From positions 18,910,001-18,974,000 of the forward strand of contig OX597819.1 of assembly GCA_951406725.2 (NCBI GenBank): a stretch of 64,000 nt of DNA. Direction: 5' to 3'. This stretch comes from Octopus vulgaris (Eukaryota). The notes beneath the pieces were generated by a model. The model did no database searches. It saw only the letters and a program-made list of their open reading frames with translations, and was not told the DNA's origin. Made by a program: the position numbers and the translations under genes. Shown one piece after another: positions 55,454 to 64,000 of the stretch (its first letter is position 1; each line of letters starts with the position of its first letter).

Positions 55454-55777
55454 TTTACATAACATATAATATACGGGGGACAATATATTTATGCCATAAG
55501 CAACTAAATTATGTAACATTTTTATACAAAGGTGCCAAGCTGGTAGAAACATTAGCACGCCGAACAAAATACTTAGCAGTATTAGAAGCGGAACCAATAA
55601 GAGTGGTTGTTGAATGCATAGAAGAAGAAAACAAAAAAGAAAGAAGATGGAAAGAAAGATATTACGGAGAGGGTTACAAAGGAATTAAAAACACCGAACG
55701 TCCAAATAAACTAAACAATTAAGATGTCTATTTACACGATAATCATAAATGGGATTTCATACCTTCAGGAATCACGG

Positions 55778-55982
55778 AGGCGGGCCTGCTGAATTAGTAC
55801 ACCGGCCAAAATATTTTGCGGCATCTCGTCCTTCTTCATGTTCGGAGTTCGAATTCCACTGTGGTAGGCTTTGCATTTCGTCCTTTCGATGTCGATAAAT
55901 TAAGTACGAGTCGAGCACTGGGGTGAGGTAATCGACTTACATCCTCTGTAAATATTGCTGGTTTTGTGCTAAAATTTAAAAA
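55778..55982 (+). mobile_element. SINE family B, degenerate
   Basis: gttcggagttcgaattcc..gtcgataaattaagtac. Confidence 0.75.
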
Positions 55983-56229
55983 CAATATCTTAATGTATTT
56001 AATCTTTGTATTAAATCTTGAAGATACGAATCTGAAACGTACCGAGAACGCAATTTCATGGACGAGAACATTGTACGGTGGCAACAGAAAAAGCCTACCC
56101 AGGTACTTGTACTTCGATATTCAGGTTATTCGTATGGATAGCAACCGAGTTGATCCTGTAACATGCAACTACAAAAGAAAACATGGCCAATTCCAGCATA
56201 TCGATCAGTCCAATATAGCCTGTGCTTAT

Positions 56230-56866
56230 GGCAGCGAGCTGACAGAAACGTTAGCACGCCGGGCGAAATGCGTAGCCGTATTTCCTCTGCCGTTACGTTC
56301 TGACCTCAAATTCGGCCGAGGTCGACTTTGCATTTCATCCATTTGGGGTCGATAAATTAAGTACCTATTTCTTTATTACCCACAAGGGGCTAAACACAGA
56401 GGGGACGTCGATAAATTAAGTACCAGTTACACACTGGGGTCGATGTAATCGACTTAATCCGTTTGTCTGTCCTTGTTTGTCCCCTCTGTGTTTAGCCCGT
56501 TGAGGGTAATAAAAAATAGGTATTTCGTCCGCCGCTACGTTCTGAGTTCAAATTGCGCCGAGGTCGAGTTTACCTTTCATACTTTCGGGGTCGATTAAAT
56601 AAGTACCAGTTACGCACTGAGATCGATATACTCAACTTAATCCATTTGTCCGTCCTTGTTTGTCCTCTCTGTGTTTAGCCCCTGGTGGGTAGTAAAGAAA
56701 TAGGTATTTCGTCTGTCTTTACGTTTTGAGTTCAAATTTCGCCCAGGTCGACTTCAATTTTTATAATTTCGGGGTCGATAAATTAAGTACCTGTTGCATA
56801 CTGAGGTAGATATAATCGACTGACCCCTTCTACAAATATTTCGAGTCTTGTGCCTAGAGTAGAGAG
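56230..56866 (+). mobile_element. Tandem and nested array of SINE family B (3 units plus an inverted tail insert at 56366-56406)
   Basis: Units are joined at aaata|ggtatttcgtc. The inverted tail is flanked by duplicated gtcgataaattaagtacc. Confidence 0.92.
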
Positions 56867-57111
56867 GAGATATAGCTAGAACTCTAAGTATGTACAGAAT
56901 AATACGGCGATACGTATATCGATATGTTCGTGTGTGAGTATACATACACACATAGGCACATGCACGCACGCACACACACACACACACACACACATACATA
57001 TATATACAATACATACATGCAGTTGCAAACACATGCACGCGCTCTGACACACAAATATATGTATGTATACATGTACTCATACATATACGTACTTACATAC
57101 ATGCACATACA

Positions 57112-57183
<72 letters not shown>

Positions 57184-57277
57184 AATTACTGAAATTGTTT
57201 TTCTGCAATGCAAAATTCTAAAAGTTATCACGTCATATATTGCAATTCATTAAGGAAAGACAAAAAGAAAGAAATTA

Positions 57278-57316
<39 letters not shown>

Positions 57317-57962
57317 GCGCGCGCATACACACGCACGTACACTCGCACACACACACATATATATAATACATTTGTGTGCATGTGTGTGAAAGTGTTTGTG
57401 CGCGTATTGTTGCGTGCACACACACACACACATATATATATATATGTTCATACGTATATCTCTCTAAGTATATAGATATATGTATGTCCAATTTTTATCT
57501 TTTTTTTTTAATATAATCCCACTTTAGTAAAGTACGAATTGAGCCATAGATTTTAAGTATTCATGACGGAAGAATGGTAAATGTACAAAAGTCGGTAATA
57601 GAGGTAATATATCAACGTCGAATTCCTTCAAATAAGATCACGCATCGAAACTAAATTTAGAACATTTCCACCGGCGTGTTTTAAGTAAAGAGCAGTTTAT
57701 AAAAGAAATATAAGCATTTTTTTTTTATTATGAACACATTACATTTGATATAAATTAAAAACACCCACATTCACATACACACATTTCATGCATGCACTTC
57801 AAGTACAAACCGTCTTTTGTGTGATTGAGTATGTGTGTATACGTATGTATAGATCTATCTATTACTATATTTGCGCATATATACACACGCTTATGCTCAC
57901 ACACACACAAACACACACACTCACACCTATATATATATATACATATTTCCATTTCTATACAA

Positions 57963-58036
<74 letters not shown>

Positions 58037-59087
58037 TCATAGAAATAATATGCATATACGCGTTTACCTTATACACACTCATTTTTATGTGTATATGTCT
58101 GAGAATTTACGTATTTGAGTGTGCATGTGTGGGAGGAGCCGTAAGTGCATATATGTGTGTGTTTGTGTGTGAGTGTTTGTATGTGTGGGGGTGTGGATGT
58201 ATTTACATGTGTGTGTGAGTGTGTGTTTGTGTGTGTGTGTGTGTGTGTATTGGCAATGATAAACCTATATATGTTAAGTGTTAGATAGTAGAAATGAAAG
58301 AGAGCGAGAAGATGAGATTGAGAAAGAAAAGTATTCTAAATGATTTTCGTGTATATGTTTTGCTTTATATTTGTGATAACTCAATCTAGAAGATGAAGTT
58401 AAAAAAAGAAGTTTTATTGAAATATGATTCATCTTCGATTAGAGACGAGTAGAATACAATATTTATGGTTCGAACCTATGCGGCTACAATCAACCTTCGT
58501 TTCTCTGGAATGCCGCATTTTCAGGACAACTCCTTTTTCTAATACGGAAAATGCTTTAAGGCTGGTTTGATTCATTAGGAAATCCACGGAATGCTACAAG
58601 TTACTTTCTTGGAGGAACCTGGGTCTAATAAAAACAAAAAGAAAGAACAAACAATTTGTGTGAAAGTGTTTCATGTTTAATTGTGGACAGCTTCATACAG
58701 ATGATTATTTTAAGGGAACCATTCTGTGTAGGACGTCAATATTACTATCAATCTAAGAAAGCAAGCTGGCAGAAGTGGAAGCACACCGGACAAGATGCTC
58801 AGCATCATTTCATACGTCCTTACATCTTGCGTTGATATTCCAGCTTAAGTTGATTTTGTATTTTATTTTCTCGGGGTTGATAGAATTATCCCAGTTGAGG
58901 CCTGAATGAAGGCTGTGCTAGGATGAAACAAATAATAGGAATGTCACAACTGAATGGCTGTCGCATTGTATATTCTTGTTGTAATGCATTATCGATGAAC
59001 TAAACATTAATAGTAAGTATTTCGTGGGGAGTACATGAATCTAGTTTTGTATATCATATATGTTCTACAGAGGTGAACAGAGTAATG

Positions 59088-59476
59088 TCGGTGGCTGTGT
59101 TGTATGATCAAGGTCCAGGGTCACTGCAAGTCACCTTTCACTTTACCTATAGCCCCGGGCAGAACAACACCTTCCGAATGGATTTGGTAGACGGAAACAC
59201 AAAGAAGCCCGACGCCTTTATGTGTCTGTGTATGTGCCCGTGTGTGTGTGTGCCCGTCTTTGTGAGTCTTTGAGTTTGTATTTGTCCTACACCACAGATT
59301 AACAATCGGTGTTGGCTTCGTTATCTCCCGTAGCATAGCGATCCGGCAAAAATGATCGAGAAATGAGTAGAAGGGTTTTAAAAAATACTTATTGAGGCCG
59401 ATTAGTTCGAATAAGCACTTCACTTACCAAAGTAGGGGTCCAATCAGCCTGCAGGTCTGTGACTCAAGCAAAGTAA

Positions 59477-59478
<2 letters not shown>
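59088..59478 (+). mobile_element. SINE family A, old and degenerate
   Basis: gtggctgtgttgta..ctatagccccggg..ggatttggtagacggaaac. Confidence 0.75.
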
Positions 59479-59543
<65 letters not shown>

Positions 59544-59625
59544 TATATATATATATGCATACACACACACACACACATATATATATATATGTATGTATAT
59601 ATATATATATAATATATATATGCAT

Positions 59626-59705
<80 letters not shown>

Positions 59706-59716
59706 ATATATATATA

Positions 59717-59777
<61 letters not shown>

Positions 59778-60601
59778 TGAATGTATGTACGGCATTGAAA
59801 TATTTCTTTTTCCTTCGAATTTATTTGATAGACACTTCTGCATGAGGAAATATACGTACACTGTTCAAAAATACATTTATTTGCCAATTTATACACATGT
59901 ATATGCACACGTACGTGTAAAGGCATAAATGTATACATAACCAGGCATAACTATATTTGAAAAGACACAGATATGAATAAACACAGTTACGCACAGATCA
60001 GCTCATCTCCTGCTTCGATATCAATATAGAAAACCTGCAGTGAATCAGTACAGCAGAGCATCGACGTACGCTCTCTTGCAATCACGTGCATACATCTATA
60101 ACATTAATTGGACATCTGATATAGAAACATTTCAAAAAGCCCAGCTAAACCTTATCATTCATATCGAAAAGAGATCAGATACAGCTCCTACGTTTCTGCA
60201 TGTTTTTTTCCGTTATTTTATTACATGGAATCGTTTACGGCTGATTTACTGATATCTAAGACGTGAGTATTTTGTTTATACAATACTGTTGATGTATTTT
60301 TCCTTTTTCTCTTCGTGGATATATTCTTATATATTTTATAGATGTAAACATCGCAATCAGTTTAAGCTCATTGCTTCCTACAAGTACTTCTATATGTACT
60401 CTGATACCCCATTTGCTTAAAATTTATATACACACACACAATGATAATATATATATATATACACGTACATGTATACATATATATATGAAAGTATGCATGT
60501 ATATAAGTAAATATATATATATATATATATTGCATAAATATTATATATATATGAATATACATTTGTATCTATCTATCTACATATACATCTACATACACAC
60601 A

Positions 60602-60680
<79 letters not shown>

Positions 60681-60777
60681 ACGACGCATATATATATATA
60701 TATATATATACATATAAAATGGTACCTATCTATGTATCAGGTGTAAACCATTCGTTTTAATATCCATTATCTATCTA

Positions 60778-60808
<31 letters not shown>

Positions 60809-60839
60809 CTCCTCTCTCGCTCTCTCTCTCTCTCTCTCT

Positions 60840-60906
<67 letters not shown>

Positions 60907-60957
60907 GTACGTATTAATAATGATAGGGAAGACAGAGTGTACTACAAATTTATTCAG

Positions 60958-61047
60958 CACGAAGATCGTTTCGGCACTGCTCAAATCTGGGTGTGGACGA
61001 TATAAGGAAATCGAGTGCACCTCACAATGCAGAACACTCGTCAGGTT
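60958..61047 (-). ncRNA. Degenerate hammerhead candidate
   Basis: CUGACGA GUGUUCUGC...GCAGUGCC GAAA CGAUCU U C, followed by AAUAAA. Stem I is weak. Confidence 0.4.
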
Positions 61048-61149
61048 ACATAATATGTTACAGTGTTTTAAAATACATATTTCGCTCGTGTGTGTAGCAG
61101 GATGGTGTTCGTGTGACAAGTGCGTTTATAGAATTCAAGAAGCCATTAA

Positions 61150-61365
61150 TGAAGCAGAATGGTTGGTAAATAAAGCTGCGAGGTGAAATACTTTGCACTT
61201 TTTCGTCGGTCTCTGCGTTCTGAGTTCGATTTCCACCGAGGTCAAGTTTGCTTTCATCCTTCCGGGGTCGGGTCGATAAATCAAGCTGCAGTTGCGTAGT
61301 GGTGTCTCTCTAATCTAATGTGTCCCCCCTTCAAAATTTCGTACCTTGTGCCTAGATTAAAAAGA
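61150..61365 (+). mobile_element. SINE family B, degenerate
   Basis: gttctgagttcgatttccaccgaggtc..ttcatccttccggggtcg. Confidence 0.75.
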
Positions 61366-61474
61366 AAAGAACGGCTGGTAATATATTCACGGATTGGTTG
61401 ATAGAGAATGTAAAAATCAAATACAAAGAATAAATGGGAAGGTCAGAATTGATATATGTATAAATCGATATGCG

Positions 61475-61526
<52 letters not shown>

Positions 61527-61527
61527 T

Positions 61528-61888
61528 GCTAACCAACCACATGGTTCCGGGTTCAGTACCACTGCGTGGCATCTTGGGCAAGTGTCTTCTTCTATAGCCC
61601 CGGGCCGACCAATGCCTTGTGTGTGGATTTGGTAGACGGAAACTGAAAGAAGCCCGTCGTATATATGTATATATATGCGTGTGTTTGTGTTTGTGTGTCT
61701 GTGTTTGTCCCCCTAGCATTGCTTGACAACCGATGCTGGTGTGTTTACGTCCCCGTCACATAGCGGTTCGGCAAAAGAGACCGATAGAATAAGTACTGGG
61801 CTTACAAAGAATAAGTCCCGGGGTCGATTTGCTCGACTAAAGGCGGTGCTCCAGCATGGCCGCAGTCAAATGAATGAAACAAGTAAGA
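61528..61888 (+). mobile_element. SINE family A, 5'-truncated
   Basis: Near-identical to 953-1332. Confidence 0.93.
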
Positions 61889-62587
61889 AAAATATATATA
61901 TATATATACATACATACATACATACATACATGTTTGTTTATGTATATATATTTATATATATGTATGAGTGTGTATAGCAAGTCAAAAAACGTGAACCACA
62001 TCTCCACCAGCTTCTCGACCACGTTGCCACAAATAATACACAGAACCAACCACCAAAAACTTCACAAACCATTGATCGGTTTTCATTCAGAAGCCACTCA
62101 GAGGTTTCCATTTATTATTTGTATTCGATCTTTTGCCTGCTTTACCTACCATTTCTTCAATATATACCAGCCTCCCTGTCTCATTAATGGATTTGTGAAC
62201 GCACTCATCATACCAACACCATCCTGCCACACAATAGTAGCACAATTTACGTATTATGCAACCCGCTGAGCGTTCTTCTGCACTATGGGGTGCTTTCAAT
62301 TTCATTATATCGTTCCCCACCCACCAGAAGGCAGTGTAGATGTAATCCGAAAACAATCGTCGTGCTAAATAGAGCTTACGCTACACGCTGTCATCTTTAT
62401 CAATTATTTAAAATGCAATGAGCTTGCACCGAGGAATTCCTGACGTAGATCATCTTCTAGGAACTAAAGTGCAGTACCGCAGATAATGGATGGTAGCCGT
62501 AAATAGTGTACCTGCTCTCGAAGAACACTACTAGCATCCTTCCCAAAAATAATGCTACATTCTAAAGTCTTCAAATAATAATAATAC

Positions 62588-62883
62588 CTGGAAATAGAGG
62601 TAACCAGAATGTGGAATCTAAAAACAGAAACAATTCCTATCATAGTAGATGCATTAGCATGATAAAAAAATATTCAGATAAATACATAACAAAAACACCA
62701 GGACTTACAAATACATATAACAAACAGAAAATTGCACTACTAGGCACTGCACACATCCTACGCAGAACACTTTCCATACAATAACCATCAGAACATCACA
62801 ACAAATCACAGCACATACCCAAGTCACACAGAGCTGAGCTCGGTAGTGAAGTGGAAGCACGCTATAAAAATAAAACTACTGAA
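62588..62883 (+). mobile_element. R4/Dong-like retrotransposon 3' end in (AAT)n
   Basis: LEIEVTRMWNLKTETIPIIVDAL..QKIALLGTAHILRRTLSIQ* (restriction-like endonuclease C-terminus). AAT repeats on both sides. Confidence 0.85.
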
Positions 62884-62897
62884 TTATAATAATAATG

Positions 62898-62949
<52 letters not shown>

Positions 62950-63374
62950 GGATAATAATGATAATAATATAATGTAGCAACAAAATCATTCGAAAATCCG
63001 AGTACATTAACGACAACCTGTTACTGTTCGTTCTAAATTATAACACACGCACACACGCACACATGCAGACACACACGCACAAACACACGAAAATATATTG
63101 GAATAAGAAGAGAATTTAAGATCAGAATGAAGGACAGCTAGCCGGAAAGAGAAAGAATTACACGGTCAATTCAGGCAAGAAACTGACCATGCCGGAAGCA
63201 AAGAAAAGTGGTTGTGAGTGACAAATGGAAACATGGAAGGTGAAACCATATTGCTAAATACAGACAATCAAGCTAAGCCGTGAGGAGGAAAATGTTAAAG
63301 CAGATATTGTTAAAACATCGTCAAAGAGCAGATGCAAAACTATGCGGAGGAGAAAGAAAGTATAAAAACATCTT

Positions 63375-63919
63375 TTAAGAGAATGCAGCTATTGAGAACA
63401 ATAAGAGTACAAGCGCCGATATAATCGTGAAGGTAAAACAAGTACAGAGTGATGTTAACCGAGGCTGTGTATTCAGAGAAAGTGATATGAAAACGGCGAA
63501 ATACTGTGAGAGAGAGTAAATATTACAAGATTTTATGCGATTTCTCCATAGAGACTTGGCATAATAATGAAGCATTGAGACCAGGGGTGATTACAGAGCA
63601 CAATGCGATATTGCGTGACATCATTGACTTTGCGATACCAACTGTTAATTGCCTGGATACAAAAGAAACTAATACAGAAATTGGAAACAAAAACCATCAG
63701 TATTTAGTCGGTGAGATGAAGATATTTCCTCAGGTAATTGGTGCACTTGGTACAATGTCCAACTTGTTACCTAAGAGATTGAAGCATACTGCAATTGGTA
63801 ATCGCATAGTCGACCCGCAATAATATACCATCCTTTATTACTATTTTTTTTTAGAATCCTAAGAAAGACACTAGAGATTCGCCACTCAAACATCGAAGAG
63901 ACTCCGTGCTAATATAGCC

Positions 63920-63920
<1 letters not shown>
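63375..63920 (+). pseudogene. Second R4/Dong-like endonuclease remnant followed by (TAA)n
   Basis: KILCDFSIET..IIDFAIP..KE..VIGALG..ILRKTLE fits KILWDF.IQTD..IID.A.P..KE.EK..KY..VIGALG. Confidence 0.8.
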
Positions 63921-63986
<66 letters not shown>

Positions 63987-64000
63987 TTGTTTTGTCTTGG

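Noticed and set aside
56348-56790. CRISPR-like recurrence of gtcgataaattaagtacc
   Set aside because: The intervening sequences are homologous SINE bodies, not unique spacers; eukaryotic context with no cas genes.

Overview
AT-rich eukaryotic DNA with no recognisable host protein-coding exon. The SINE families and dense (TA)n/(CA)n/(CATA)n/(AGAT)n/(AAT)n tracts point to a cephalopod, probably Octopus (inference). Almost all ORFs in the track are microsatellite or SINE artefacts. The window is a nested mosaic of three tRNA-derived SINE families, one full-length and one degraded mariner, several MITEs, four non-autonomous Helitrons, and fragments of Penelope-like (PLE), L1/Tx1, CR1, RTE and R4/Dong retroelements. 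The main hidden signal is about nine minimal type I hammerhead ribozyme motifs from at least five repeat families, mostly anchored on (TA)n. They include a canonical core (20524-20616), a compensatory G3-C8 core (11819-11868), a U6 core (42469-42504) and one sitting in the loop of a foldback MITE (34862-34904). Other points are a SINE that shares its 3' tail with an L1/Tx1-type LINE and inserts at GGTA (including into itself), a PLE with an inverted RT segment, and a duplicated E-box/CCAAT/E2F module. All folds and alignments were done by eye.
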